Below, piece by piece: positions 29,726 through 39,722 of a DNA stretch of 64,000 nt. The position numbers and the translations under genes are program-made. Position 1 is the first letter of the stretch, and each line of letters begins with the position of its first letter. The stretch is taken from the NCBI GenBank assembly GCA_043808155.1, contig JAZDFD010000024.1, forward strand, positions 10,017 through 74,016. Reading direction: 5' to 3'. The notes under the pieces are model-generated. The model saw nothing but the letters and a program-made list of their open reading frames with translations, was not told the DNA's origin and searched no databases. The DNA comes from Candidatus Iainarchaeum sp. (GTDB lineage Archaea; Iainarchaeota; Iainarchaeia; Iainarchaeales; JAZDFD01).

Positions 29726-31015
29726 ATGACTACTAAATCTGTTATGAAAGAGTTTGATTCTGACCTGCATTTTCACGGGCTTTATTCAGGAGGCGTAAGT
29801 AAAAATATGCTTCCTGCTGTGATTGCGGAACAGGCTCAGCTTAAGGGACTGGATATTGTAAGCACATCTGATATTTTACATGAGAAATGGAATTCTCAAT
29901 GCAAAAAAGAACTTCTGGAAGAATCTAATGGTGTGTTTAAACACAGAAAATTTGATACTTATTTTATTTTAGGGACTGAAGCAGAAACAAATGACCGTGT
30001 GCATCATTTAATTTATTTTCCTGATTTTAGTTCTGCTGAAAATTTGAAAAAGAGTTTAGAGGGAAAAGGCATTTTTGATTCAATGGGATGCGGAAGACCG
30101 AGAATCAGAATTAATTCTGAAGAACTTACGGAAAAAGTAATTGATGCAAATGCAATCTTGGGACCAGCACATGCATTCACACCTTATTTTTCAATTTATG
30201 CACATCATAATTCAATGAGTGATTGTTATGGTTCAATGAAAGATAAAATTTCATTTATGGAATTGGGTTTGAGTGCAGACACTTTTTTTGCAGATAAAAT
30301 TTCAGACAATCATAATTATGTTTTTTTAACAAACTCAGATTCGCACAGTCCCTGGCCCCACAGAATTGGGCGTGAGTTTTCAAGAATTAAAATGTCAGAA
30401 CCGAGTTTTAAAGAATTAAAAAATTCAGTTGAAAAAAGAAAAGAGAATTTCATTTTAAATGTGGGTTTTGATCCGCGTGAGGGTAAGTATCACTGCACAG
30501 CATGTATTTCATGTTTTGAAAAATATTCGTTAAAAGAATCAGAATCCTTGAACTGGAAATGCCCAAAATGTAAAGCAGTAATTAAGAAGGGTGTGCGTGA
30601 CAGAATTCTTGAATTAGCGGATTTGAAAAAAGAAGCACACCCAAAATTCAGACCAGCGTATATTCATTCAATTCCGTTAGCAGAAATAATTCAGATTGCT
30701 TATGGTGTGAAAGGAGTGAATACTGCCAAAGTGCAAAGTACATGGATGAAATTCATTGATTCTTTTGGTTCTGAAATTAATATTTTAGTTGATGAGCCAG
30801 TTGAAAACTTAGAACGCGTTGATGAGTTGGTTGCAAAAAAAATTAATTCTTTCAGAAAAGGTTTTGTTCATTACATTCCCGGCGGCGGTGGAAATTATGG
30901 TGTTCCAATTATTTGCAATTCAAAAGAAGATTTTGAAAATAAGAAAAATGAATTAGCAGAAAAGCTAGAGTGTGCATCGGAGAATAAAAAACAGAAAAAG
31001 TTGGGTGAATTCTAA
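29726..31015 (+). CDS. PHP-domain TIGR00375 / endonuclease Q family protein
   Basis: DLHFH, GPAHAFTP, ELGLSAD, NSDSHS, GKYHCTAC..C, CPKC, KKGVRDRI, PGGGGNYG. Confidence 0.9.
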   Translation: MTTKSVMKEFDSDLHFHGLYSGGVSKNMLPAVIAEQAQLKGLDIVSTSDILHEKWNSQCKKELLEESNGVFKHRKFDTYFILGTEAETNDRVHHLIYFPDFSSAENLKKSLEGKGIFDSMGCGRPRIRINSEELTEKVIDANAILGPAHAFTPYFSIYAHHNSMSDCYGSMKDKISFMELGLSADTFFADKISDNHNYVFLTNSDSHSPWPHRIGREFSRIKMSEPSFKELKNSVEKRKENFILNVGFDPREGKYHCTACISCFEKYSLKESESLNWKCPKCKAVIKKGVRDRILELADLKKEAHPKFRPAYIHSIPLAEIIQIAYGVKGVNTAKVQSTWMKFIDSFGSEINILVDEPVENLERVDELVAKKINSFRKGFVHYIPGGGGNYGVPIICNSKEDFENKKNELAEKLECASENKKQKKLGEF

Positions 31016-31788
31016 CGCACATAAGTCAAATCTTTATCATTTTCTTCTACTCTGAGTTCTTCTAATTGTTTTGAAAGCTGAGTGAATGTTTTTTCAATTT
31101 GTTTTGCTTCTTTTTCTATGTTTTTCATGTCAATTTTAAAACCGTGCATTTTCACAAGAAGTTCAAGAACTTTTTTTGCAGAACCGTGATCACCATAAAT
31201 TAACTGAGAATTTGTTTCGCCCATTAAACATGCACCTTCGATTTTCTGGATTTTTGCAGAACCTAAAATTAAACCTGCGGCACCAGAAATAAGCCCTTCT
31301 TTTTTGTCAGTTACTGCACCCAATTTTGAAAGTTCATCAAGAAGTTTTTTAGAAGTTGCAGCTGCAATTACGCTTGGTTCTTTGTCAATTCTTCTGTCAC
31401 CAATGTTTATTCCTGCAAGAGTATAAATTTTAGTTACACCTAAAATTTTTGCAACATTTACTATTTGTTCTGCAAATTCATAATGATTGGAAGTTGTACC
31501 TGCTCTGAAATCAAGACTTGGCTGAACAGGACCGACTAAAAACAAAAAATCTTTTCCGTTTAAATTGTAATGAAAAATTTCATCAATAATTAAATTTATG
31601 AGTCCGTTTTTTGTGTGCACACTTGGAGGGAAGGAATCAGAATAAATTTCTGCAATTTTCTGAGTTTTGAGCTGACTCATTAAATAATCAACTGCAATTT
31701 TTCCCACAAGACCTATTCCGGGGAGCCCAGTAACTAAAACCGCATCTTGGAATTTCTTTTCTGTGAGTAGTTTTATTTTTGTAACCAT
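31012..31788 (-). CDS. PAC2-family proteasome assembly chaperone
   Basis: GLPGIGLVGKIA, ISGAAGLILG, CLMGET; next to aIF2alpha. Confidence 0.9.
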   Translation of the reverse strand: MVTKIKLLTEKKFQDAVLVTGLPGIGLVGKIAVDYLMSQLKTQKIAEIYSDSFPPSVHTKNGLINLIIDEIFHYNLNGKDFLFLVGPVQPSLDFRAGTTSNHYEFAEQIVNVAKILGVTKIYTLAGINIGDRRIDKEPSVIAAATSKKLLDELSKLGAVTDKKEGLISGAAGLILGSAKIQKIEGACLMGETNSQLIYGDHGSAKKVLELLVKMHGFKIDMKNIEKEAKQIEKTFTQLSKQLEELRVEENDKDLTYVR

Positions 31789-31808
31789 TTTATCACTAAT
31801 CTCTAATG

Positions 31809-32582
31809 CTAATTTGCACGTTCAAATTCTGCAATTGCTTTGCCTGATTTGAAATCATCAACAACAAGTCCTGAAACGTATTTTAAAACACGCTCAGCAA
31901 CTTTGTAATCTGGTGAGGATACTTTTATAACATATTTTCCCGAACCAGAATAATAAATATCAATATGTGCATCTTTTGTTGATTTTTCTGCTTTTGATAA
32001 TGTAGATTTTATTTTTTCAACACCGTTGGGTGCAGTAGACTGCAAAGTGAAAACACCTTTTACAGTTTTCATTGAAATTGAGACATTCTTTTCCACAAGA
32101 TCGAGCAGTGGTTTTTGCCATTCTTTAGGAATCATTTTAATTGCATTTTCTTTTTCAGTTGCAATTTTCTGAAATGCATCATAAAGTGTTTCGTATTCTT
32201 TAATTAATGGTTCAGCAACCGCATCCCATGCATCATCAAACTCTTTTTTTTCATTAGTTGCTAAAAGTTCAATTAATCGTGTGTTTCTTATAAGCTGTTT
32301 GTATTCTTCGATTTTTAATCGTTGGATATTAGGAGAAACTTTGGTAAGTGATAAATCAATCTGATTTTTTTCCGGAGAAATTGCGATTACTTTTGCAGCT
32401 CTCATCTGGCCTTCTTTAGCAAAATTTCTTATGTTTTTTACCCAGCGTGAAGCTACTTCTGAAATATGCACAAAGCCTTTCTGGTTATCATATTCTAATA
32501 ACTCAGCAAATACTCCGTAATCCATTACTTTTGTAATTTTGCATATTACAATATCGCCTCTTTCAGGAACATCTTCATTCAA
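31809..32582 (-). CDS. eif2a: translation initiation factor aIF2 alpha subunit
   Basis: S1 domain GFVHISEVASRWVKNI, IDLSL, PNGVEKIK, GKY...DYKVAE. Confidence 0.95.
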   Translation of the reverse strand: MNEDVPERGDIVICKITKVMDYGVFAELLEYDNQKGFVHISEVASRWVKNIRNFAKEGQMRAAKVIAISPEKNQIDLSLTKVSPNIQRLKIEEYKQLIRNTRLIELLATNEKKEFDDAWDAVAEPLIKEYETLYDAFQKIATEKENAIKMIPKEWQKPLLDLVEKNVSISMKTVKGVFTLQSTAPNGVEKIKSTLSKAEKSTKDAHIDIYYSGSGKYVIKVSSPDYKVAERVLKYVSGLVVDDFKSGKAIAEFERAN

Positions 32583-32592
32583 ACTTATCCCC

Positions 32593-32787
32593 TTATTCCA
32601 TTTCCTTTACAACTTTTGCTTTGAGTTCAATTCTTGAAGATTTACTTTTTGCAAGAAGCTGATTGCAGGCATTGCATTTCACATCAGACGCTGCTGAATT
32701 GAAAATTGTCTGTTCATTGCCGCAACCACTGCATTTTACTCTTATGAATTTTGTTTTTGGGTTTGGTATTAAATTATCATTACTCAT
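32593..32787 (-). CDS. rps27e: 30S ribosomal protein S27e
   Basis: KFIRVKCSGCGNEQTIF...VKCNAC. Confidence 0.95.
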   Translation of the reverse strand: MSNDNLIPNPKTKFIRVKCSGCGNEQTIFNSAASDVKCNACNQLLAKSKSSRIELKAKVVKEME

Positions 32788-32857
32788 AGAAAAATTTCGG
32801 TATTAAGTATTTATAAAGGGTATGGCGTGTTTCCGAAGTATTTCGCTCACGATTTCA

Positions 32858-33406
32858 TTAAGCATCCTGAACTAATTTTCTTGATTTTAAAAGAAGTGCT
32901 ACTTTTTCAGGGATTGTGACTTTTTGACCTTTTGAAAAAGGACCGTATTCTTTCATGTCACTCCCGACAAAAGAGGGAATTTGTTTAAGAACTTCAACTT
33001 TTGTTTCGGTGGGTTTTGTTTTAGTTGATGATTTTTTGTTATTATTTGATTCAAATATTTCGCTTAGAAAACCTCTGTGTTTTTCAAGAATTTTAAGCAT
33101 TTCAGTGTAGGTTTTTTTCTCTTGTTTGCACATATTCTGTTCAGAGGTTTCTCCTGTTCTTGAAGCAGTTAACGCTTTGTTGAGAATTTTCTTTTCTCTT
33201 AATGAAAAAATTTCATCAACCATTTTTTTTAAGTTTGTAAAATCTCTTGCTTTAGTTATAGAAAAATCTTTGAGACTTTTTATGTATTCTTCTTTTTCTT
33301 CGCAAATGAATTCATTCAGCGAATCATAAAAATTAGGTTCAACTTCAACTAAACGCGAGGTGCTTTTTTCCAATCTGTAAATTCTTCTTATTTCATCATA
33401 ATCCAT
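32858..33406 (-). CDS. GINS subunit (Gins15/Gins51 type)
   Basis: EK...L..V.PNFY, LREKKI, C-terminal IPSFVGSDMKEYGPF B-domain; lies next to priS. Confidence 0.82.
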   Translation of the reverse strand: MDYDEIRRIYRLEKSTSRLVEVEPNFYDSLNEFICEEKEEYIKSLKDFSITKARDFTNLKKMVDEIFSLREKKILNKALTASRTGETSEQNMCKQEKKTYTEMLKILEKHRGFLSEIFESNNNKKSSTKTKPTETKVEVLKQIPSFVGSDMKEYGPFSKGQKVTIPEKVALLLKSRKLVQDA

Positions 33407-33417
33407 GTCCAAAAAAA

Positions 33418-34647
33418 TCACCTTAATTCTGCAGCACCTCTTGCAATCAGATAAATTGCAAGATACTCCGGGAGTGAAACTTCTGTATTTTCAAACTTCC
33501 CAAAGCTCTTTCCTTTAAACATTAATTCAGGTGCTTTGTTAATAAAAACCCTTATCTCAGAGTCTGAGAAAACCAAAGCATCTGTGAAAGGATCGAATTC
33601 TTTCAGTTTTTCCCTTTCAATTGTTTTTGCAAGAAGCCCTGTTCCTCCGTGAATTGTGTCAGGAACTCTTACAATTTTGTGCATATCAATTGAGGTCTGT
33701 CTGTCAATGTCCAGTGCGACTTTTTTTCTTATGTGTTCTAAAAGTGCGTTCCAGAATTCAAGTTCTTTCGGGGTTCCTGAGGAAAGTAGAACATTCTGTT
33801 CCTGAATTTTTTTAAGTAGCAGTTCTTTATTGGGGATTAATTTTTTTGCTTTTATGACAGGTATGTTTCCTGCTTCTGCAATTGTTGATAAGTCATTTTC
33901 AGTTAAAAATTTAACAAGCGCTTCTGAAATTCTTTTTCCCCAGCCAAAACTTTGTTTCATATCAGGACACAGCATCATTTTGTCTTTTTTTACAAAACCC
34001 AATGACGGAAAATTAAGATTGTTTGCAGTTAAATAATCCAGAAGTTCAATTCTTGCTGTGTGGCTTAAAGTGTGAATTGCTTCATTTCTAATGTGCACGT
34101 GATAGCCTGCATTTCCTGAAAAATTAACTGTTAAACCAGTGAATCCAAAATCATTTTCTAAAAAATCAATTAATTTGAAAACTTGTTTTTTTGTTTCATT
34201 CAGACAGTCAGGACAGAACCATTGTGTTACTGATACGCGTTCTCCGCAGTTTGTGCATTTCTCCGGGTTTCCTGTTCCATCCAAATTACAGTTTTCACAT
34301 GCCCAGGTATCATGTTTGTCTTTGCATTTTGTTTTTATGTCATCAGCATCAAACTCGTAAATTAAATCTGCACCCTGAAGTTCTTTTGTGTTCATTGGTC
34401 TTTTTTCAGGAAATTTATAGTACGCGGAAGATGCAGAAATGTAAAAAGGCACGTCCTCGCGCAAAAAAGTGTTTAATTCATCATAGTTTTTGAACACCAC
34501 ATGCCTGTTTGAAATTTTTTTACCGTATGTTCCAAAACCAAATTCTCTTGTTTCTGGTTTTGGCGGTTCATTAACTGTGTTATTTTTGTAATAACTCTGA
34601 AATTTTTCTTTCAGGAATGTTTCTTCTCGTTCGCTCACTAACATCAC
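33418..34647 (-). CDS. priS: DNA primase catalytic subunit
   Basis: REFGF, DLIYEFDADD, FSGNAGYHVH, IDRQTSIDMHKIVRVPDTIHG. Confidence 0.95.
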   Translation of the reverse strand: MMLVSEREETFLKEKFQSYYKNNTVNEPPKPETREFGFGTYGKKISNRHVVFKNYDELNTFLREDVPFYISASSAYYKFPEKRPMNTKELQGADLIYEFDADDIKTKCKDKHDTWACENCNLDGTGNPEKCTNCGERVSVTQWFCPDCLNETKKQVFKLIDFLENDFGFTGLTVNFSGNAGYHVHIRNEAIHTLSHTARIELLDYLTANNLNFPSLGFVKKDKMMLCPDMKQSFGWGKRISEALVKFLTENDLSTIAEAGNIPVIKAKKLIPNKELLLKKIQEQNVLLSSGTPKELEFWNALLEHIRKKVALDIDRQTSIDMHKIVRVPDTIHGGTGLLAKTIEREKLKEFDPFTDALVFSDSEIRVFINKAPELMFKGKSFGKFENTEVSLPEYLAIYLIARGAAELR

Positions 34648-34722
34648 GCTTCTTTTGTTTGTATTTTACTTTTATTTTTGTTTTTTCACTCTTCTTTGGT
34701 TTGTTTGTTTATTTTGTTTTTT

Positions 34723-35769
34723 TCACGCGTCCTTAGTTTGTTTTTCATTTTTCTTTTGTTTGTTCTTTTTTTCTTTTGCGAGTTCTCTTTTGTAATAACT
34801 TAAAGGATGTTTTACATTGCAGGTTTTTGAATTGCACAGAGTATATTCTTTTATTTTGACACAGCTTGGTGGTGTGTATTTTGTTCCTTTTTTCCCTGCA
34901 ATTCTCTCAACCTGGTATTTTGTTGTGCTTTCTTTGTAATTGGGTGCTTTTTTGAAAATTTCAATTATTTCAGAACTTGGCATTTCAATACCTGCAAGGA
35001 ATGTGGCAAGAAAAAAACGTGCAGAATGCGATATATTTTTTCCTTCCAGAATTGAATCATAAATTTCCGAAACACATGGGGGAAAATATTCTGGTTTTAT
35101 TTTTCCTGTGAATTTGAATTCAGTATATCTTTTTTGAGATGCTATAACATCCAGTGCTAATTCTCGTGACATTGTTTTGAATTTTGAAGGCACATTATTT
35201 ATGTCTGCGGGAAGTGAATCATAAATTCTTGTGAAAACTAATTCTGAGATAAATCTCATGAAATCATTTTCATCCACATATACTTTTCCTGCTTTTACTT
35301 TCTGGTTTACAAGTTTCAAATAGTCTTCATTGAAATTAATTTTCAGATAATCAAACAAATCCAAAGTTACAAAGAAATTCTCATCATTAGAAAGTGAAAA
35401 TTTCAAATCCAAATCATCTGCTAAGTTGAGCAGAATTTCATTTCTGTTTTTCTCTTTTGAAAGATAATTGAATGTTGTTTTTGAAACCATCATTGCGAAT
35501 TTTTCATTTAATGATGATTTGTTCAGGAAAGAAAGCAGAATTTTTGCAACAGGGAATGCTAAAATTTCATTTTTTAAAAGTTCAGAGTGATTTATTTCCT
35601 CAACTTCGTATTCTTTTCCAATTGCAGCTAACTCAATCATTACTTTTGCACGTTTTATGGTTTCTATGGGCACCTCTTCCAGAGATAGATTCATTTCTCG
35701 GAGTACATTCTTCGCAGTGCGTGAAAAAGGGTATTTCTGAGAGAATTTGAGAGCTTCCACTGCAGCCAT
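34723..35769 (-). CDS. priL: DNA primase large subunit
   Basis: KYPF, FPPCV, HSARFFLATFL, TKYQVERI, YTPPSC..C..C..HPLSYY FeS domain. Confidence 0.93.
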   Translation of the reverse strand: MAAVEALKFSQKYPFSRTAKNVLREMNLSLEEVPIETIKRAKVMIELAAIGKEYEVEEINHSELLKNEILAFPVAKILLSFLNKSSLNEKFAMMVSKTTFNYLSKEKNRNEILLNLADDLDLKFSLSNDENFFVTLDLFDYLKINFNEDYLKLVNQKVKAGKVYVDENDFMRFISELVFTRIYDSLPADINNVPSKFKTMSRELALDVIASQKRYTEFKFTGKIKPEYFPPCVSEIYDSILEGKNISHSARFFLATFLAGIEMPSSEIIEIFKKAPNYKESTTKYQVERIAGKKGTKYTPPSCVKIKEYTLCNSKTCNVKHPLSYYKRELAKEKKNKQKKNEKQTKDA

Positions 35770-35839
35770 GAATATATAGTGAATTGAAGGGTTTTAAAAG
35801 AATTCTAAGTGGATTTCCTGTGAATTTTTTCATCAGTAT

Positions 35840-36334
35840 TTATAATTTCTTAATTGCATTCAAAAGTAGAGTATATTCCGCAAGCATTGCTTTTTGCAGT
35901 TGAGGATTTGTTACGTCTCTTTTGATTCTTTCTATTTCCCTATTTATAATAGCAATATTGTCTGTTTTCCCTATGGTCAAACCCAATTTTTCTGCAAAGT
36001 TTAATAGCATAGTAAGTCTTTGTTCATCAGGATTACGCATAATCTTGGTCAGCTGAGCTTCTAACTTTGGACTGAGTAAAATGAACTCACTAGTTTTTTC
36101 TTGTTTGGGAGGTATGCGTTTTTTTCTGGCGGGTGTGCTTTGCTGTGGTTTGGTGCGTGTGCTTTGCTGTGGTTTGGTGGGTGTGCTTTGCGGTGATTCG
36201 GTACTGGGGGGTAAGTTTAATGATTCCATAAGTAGTTTAGTTTTTAAGCGATCTAATTTTTCATCTGCCGCCCGAGGCCTTTGCACCTTTGGCTTCGCGT
36301 GTGGTAGGACTTTTTTTATTTTTGGTTTTGGCAT
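35840..36334 (-). CDS. orphan protein with basic Pro-rich N-terminus and TKPQQST repeats
   Basis: 164-aa ORF inserted between PCNA and priL; no recognisable domain. Confidence 0.55.
   Translation of the reverse strand: MPKPKIKKVLPHAKPKVQRPRAADEKLDRLKTKLLMESLNLPPSTESPQSTPTKPQQSTRTKPQQSTPARKKRIPPKQEKTSEFILLSPKLEAQLTKIMRNPDEQRLTMLLNFAEKLGLTIGKTDNIAIINREIERIKRDVTNPQLQKAMLAEYTLLLNAIKKL
36131..36191. repeat. 24-bp tandem repeat (about 2.5 copies)
   Basis: gtgtgctttgc at 36133, 36157 and 36181. Confidence 0.8.
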
Positions 36335-36374
36335 GTGTATATTAATGCACAGTAAAATAAAAAGCTTTCTAGAA

Positions 36375-37103
36375 TCAGAGTATCATATGCGCCAGATGGA
36401 AAACAATTGGTGATTTTCCAATAATGTAGCTTACGCGCATTGGGGCATCCGTTTTTAGTTCTAATGTGATTTTTTTGGTTGGGTCTGCTTCTTTTACAAT
36501 GTTCTGTAAGAAATTAAGTGAAAATTTAGTTGTAACGTCTTTTGTGCTTTTAACTGAGATTTTACTCGCCTGTTTTGCAATTGATTTTAAGGTTCCCTGT
36601 GACCCCTTGGCACCGATTGAAAATTCATTTTTTTTAACATTTAAAACAACTGAGCTTCCGAACAATGAGGCGTCTTTTAATGCTTCTTTCAGAATTCTTG
36701 CATTGATTTCAACTGTGGCATCTGCTTTATGCTGAGGTAAATTCACTTCGTCATCCTTAACATCAATCAGGGGGATCCTGAATGATCTGTTTAGTTCACC
36801 TTCCAGATCAATAAGGAAATCTGAATCTGTAATTGTCATTTTTAAGTTGTCTTCCGGAAGGATTCTGTTCATTATTTTGCTGAATTCATTTAAATCAAGA
36901 CCAATGAAAGACGGTTCAACCTTATACTTGTCAAAAACAGACGGCTCAATATGTAAATCAATTAAAACAACCTGGCTTGGGTCCATTGCTTTGAAGAAAA
37001 CACCTTTATCATTGAATCGGAAATTGCCCTCACCTAAAAAGCCAGAAATAGCATCAATTGGTTTTTTCCAGTATTCAACTTTCTTATTGCCTAGTTCAAT
37101 CAT
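36375..37103 (-). CDS. pcn: PCNA sliding clamp, divergent paralogue
   Basis: KAMDPSQVVLID, LKEALKDA, KFSLNFL, DAPMRVSY; C-terminus FHLAHM instead of LAPR. Confidence 0.88.
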   Translation of the reverse strand: MIELGNKKVEYWKKPIDAISGFLGEGNFRFNDKGVFFKAMDPSQVVLIDLHIEPSVFDKYKVEPSFIGLDLNEFSKIMNRILPEDNLKMTITDSDFLIDLEGELNRSFRIPLIDVKDDEVNLPQHKADATVEINARILKEALKDASLFGSSVVLNVKKNEFSIGAKGSQGTLKSIAKQASKISVKSTKDVTTKFSLNFLQNIVKEADPTKKITLELKTDAPMRVSYIIGKSPIVFHLAHMIL

Positions 37104-37170
37104 TGTAATCAGAGATACTTATGTCAAGAAGGATTTAAATTGGTTTTCTCTTTTTGAAAGAGTTTTCAGT

Positions 37171-37914
37171 TTACTGCTCAATTCTTGGTGCTAAAAAATA
37201 GGTAATTTGTGCATCTCCAAGAGCATAGGAGATTTTTACGGGTGCGTTGGTTTTAATGAACAGTTTTATATCTGAATCAGCAGGTGCAGCTTTGAGCATA
37301 TCTGCCAAATATTCCAAAGGGAACATGCTGTGGGATTCCTGTTTAATGTTCAGTTCTTTCAGAGTTTCGTCATTCTTTAAAGTTTCATTGTAAACAGTTC
37401 CTTTGCTTGAGTTTGCCTTTACAAAAAAGGATTTTGAATCTGCACCTAAAGAAACATGAGTGGATATTAATGATGCGTCTTTTAATGCATCCTGAAGAAC
37501 TGATGCTCGTAATGTAAGCTCAGCATCAAATTCAATCTTTGGATTGGGAATTTCATTTGAATTAATGTCAAGCAAGGGCATGACAAATTTACGTGATGAT
37601 TTTCCCTTAAAAAGCAGAGAAAGCGAGTTTTTTTTATCATCAAGTTTTATCTCAAGTTCATCTCCTGCTTTTGTGCGTGAGAGAATCTGTTTTAAGTATG
37701 CAAGATCCATTCCAAGTTTCGTCTTTTCCTTAACATGGAATTTTTTAAATGCTTTTTTGCCCATTGTGAAATCAATCATTGAAATCTGACTGGGGTCTGT
37801 TGCTTTCAAAGTTAAAGTATCATTTTCTAAAACAAAATCTGCTTCATCAATAAGGACTGCAATTGCGTCAACGCATTTTTTGAAGTTCTCTGCTTTTTCA
37901 ATTATTAATTCCAA
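37171..37914 (-). CDS. pcn: PCNA sliding clamp, canonical paralogue
   Basis: KATDPSQISMID, FPLEYL, NAPVKISY, YFLAPRIE. Confidence 0.95.
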   Translation of the reverse strand: MELIIEKAENFKKCVDAIAVLIDEADFVLENDTLTLKATDPSQISMIDFTMGKKAFKKFHVKEKTKLGMDLAYLKQILSRTKAGDELEIKLDDKKNSLSLLFKGKSSRKFVMPLLDINSNEIPNPKIEFDAELTLRASVLQDALKDASLISTHVSLGADSKSFFVKANSSKGTVYNETLKNDETLKELNIKQESHSMFPLEYLADMLKAAPADSDIKLFIKTNAPVKISYALGDAQITYFLAPRIEQ

Positions 37915-37966
37915 AAAATCACCACTTTACTATAACTATTAAACTAGACAATGAATAAAAACATTC

Positions 37967-38692
37967 CTAACAAATGCCCCTGTAATTCTCGGGGAGATTG
38001 CCAGTTATTATTACACTTCCCAAATTATCAAAAAGCCATAGCTTTACACAGCCCACAAAAGGAATTTTCAGTAATGCTTTTCCATCAAGTTCTGAAACAG
38101 GTACGGGAAACAGGGAAATGCATTGTTTGCTGGAAATTGTGCATTCCTGATCAATCACATTATTGTTATCGCCTTTTGTAACAACATAAGTCCCGTCTCC
38201 AGCATTCAATTTAGCCATTACCCTGTGGATTATTGGCTGCTGTCTGAGATTTGAAAAATAAACTACGATGTCATTAGTTGTGTTAAATGGAATTTCAGTT
38301 CCATTTTTGAAAATAATTTTTTTTGAGACATAATCTGTGTTTGCAACATCATTCAAATATGTATTTTGTAAAGTTCTTGTGTCAATATCAACTTCAGGTG
38401 CAACAAGTGTTGCAGGTGTTGTTCCCTGTAAAACAATCACATCGCCTCTGTAATAAACTGGTTCCATTGAACCACTGACTACAATAACCATCGGACTTGA
38501 TGTGCCCAAAACAAATCCTAAAATAGAATAGATTGCTAATGCAAAAACAAATGCACTTACAATATAAACAACCCATGAAATTAGTTCATTTTCATCTGGA
38601 TTTAACACAGGCATTAAAAAAAGATCAACATAATGGAACGGGTCAAGGTATTTTAAAAATCCCAATTTTGCCTTTATCGCCTTTAGACCCAT
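37967..38692 (-). CDS. signal peptidase I (Sec11 type)
   Basis: VVSGSMEP..RGD, PIIHRV, TKGDNN. Confidence 0.92.
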   Translation of the reverse strand: MGLKAIKAKLGFLKYLDPFHYVDLFLMPVLNPDENELISWVVYIVSAFVFALAIYSILGFVLGTSSPMVIVVSGSMEPVYYRGDVIVLQGTTPATLVAPEVDIDTRTLQNTYLNDVANTDYVSKKIIFKNGTEIPFNTTNDIVVYFSNLRQQPIIHRVMAKLNAGDGTYVVTKGDNNNVIDQECTISSKQCISLFPVPVSELDGKALLKIPFVGCVKLWLFDNLGSVIITGNLPENYRGIC

Positions 38693-38717
38693 TCAATCAC
38701 ATCAAGAATATGTGAAC

Positions 38718-38993
38718 TCAGCTTAAACTTTTCTTTGAATTTTGTTTGAAATCTGCGAGTTCTTTTTCGATTTCTGAAATTGCATCAGTTAATGCTTTTT
38801 TTGCTTTTTTACCTTTTGTTTTGAGAATGAATTTTGAATCCGGATCCATAGGATGTTCTAATTTGTACGAAACAAATTCAACACTTGAATCACTTAGAAG
38901 TGTTTCTCTCAGAAGGTTTGGCACAGTGTGCCTTGTTTTTTTCATTATGAATTCCAAATGTTCGGGTTTATCAACTAATATTTCAATCTCCAC
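38718..38993 (-). CDS. rpoL: RNA polymerase subunit L (Rpo11)
   Basis: HTVPNLLRETL...VEFVSYKLEHP. Confidence 0.92.
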   Translation of the reverse strand: MEIEILVDKPEHLEFIMKKTRHTVPNLLRETLLSDSSVEFVSYKLEHPMDPDSKFILKTKGKKAKKALTDAISEIEKELADFKQNSKKSLS

Positions 38994-39035
38994 AATCTCA
39001 CCTAGTTTTTCTTATTTTTCACAACACTATTAATC

Positions 39036-39599
39036 CTACTTTAACATATAATCATTTGCAATTTTTCTTTGTTCGTTACTTGCGCAACTTCTGCACTTTA
39101 ATTGCTTTCCAAATAAATATAATGGTTTTCTGCATTTTTTGCAGAATGCTTTTATAACACCTAATTCTTGTTCGTTTGTTCTTAAATCTATCCCATATGG
39201 TGCATAAAATGAAACTTTTGCTTTTACAATGTCCCCAATACCAAAAAAATCACCTAGTTTTTCAACATATTCGCGACTTATGTTTCTTACAGGAATTGCA
39301 GCCATTGCACTAGGCACAACTCGTTTTTTTCCATCTTTTTCTGCAGCAAAGATTTCAACAAATACTGAACTTGGTTTAAGCATTGAAACTCTCACATAAA
39401 CAATTGTTCCAACATCTAACATCTCAATATTTTTCATTTTTTCAACAGACACTGATTTCTCAGTGGTATCAATTTCCGACTTACCAAGACTATCAGAGCA
39501 TACATCGCCTTCATCAGATACATAAGTATTCTTTCCCGGCATGTACTCTTCTTCTGTACTAAGAAAATCCCCTGGAAATGCAATATTTTTATCAGACAT
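39036..39599 (-). CDS. csl4: exosome RNA-binding protein Csl4
   Basis: FPGDFL..EEYMPG, S1 domain GDIVKAKV, LGVIKAFCKKC...CRSC..EQRKIA. Confidence 0.93.
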   Translation of the reverse strand: MSDKNIAFPGDFLSTEEEYMPGKNTYVSDEGDVCSDSLGKSEIDTTEKSVSVEKMKNIEMLDVGTIVYVRVSMLKPSSVFVEIFAAEKDGKKRVVPSAMAAIPVRNISREYVEKLGDFFGIGDIVKAKVSFYAPYGIDLRTNEQELGVIKAFCKKCRKPLYLFGKQLKCRSCASNEQRKIANDYMLK

Positions 39600-39722
39600 A
39601 AAAAAATCCTCGAAAAACAGTTAATATTATAACTTCATAAAATTATACTTATGGTAAGTTATATAAAACAAAGGGTAGAAGCTAAGCTTGAAGCACATAG
39701 GGACGTATAGAGGGAGATTAGA

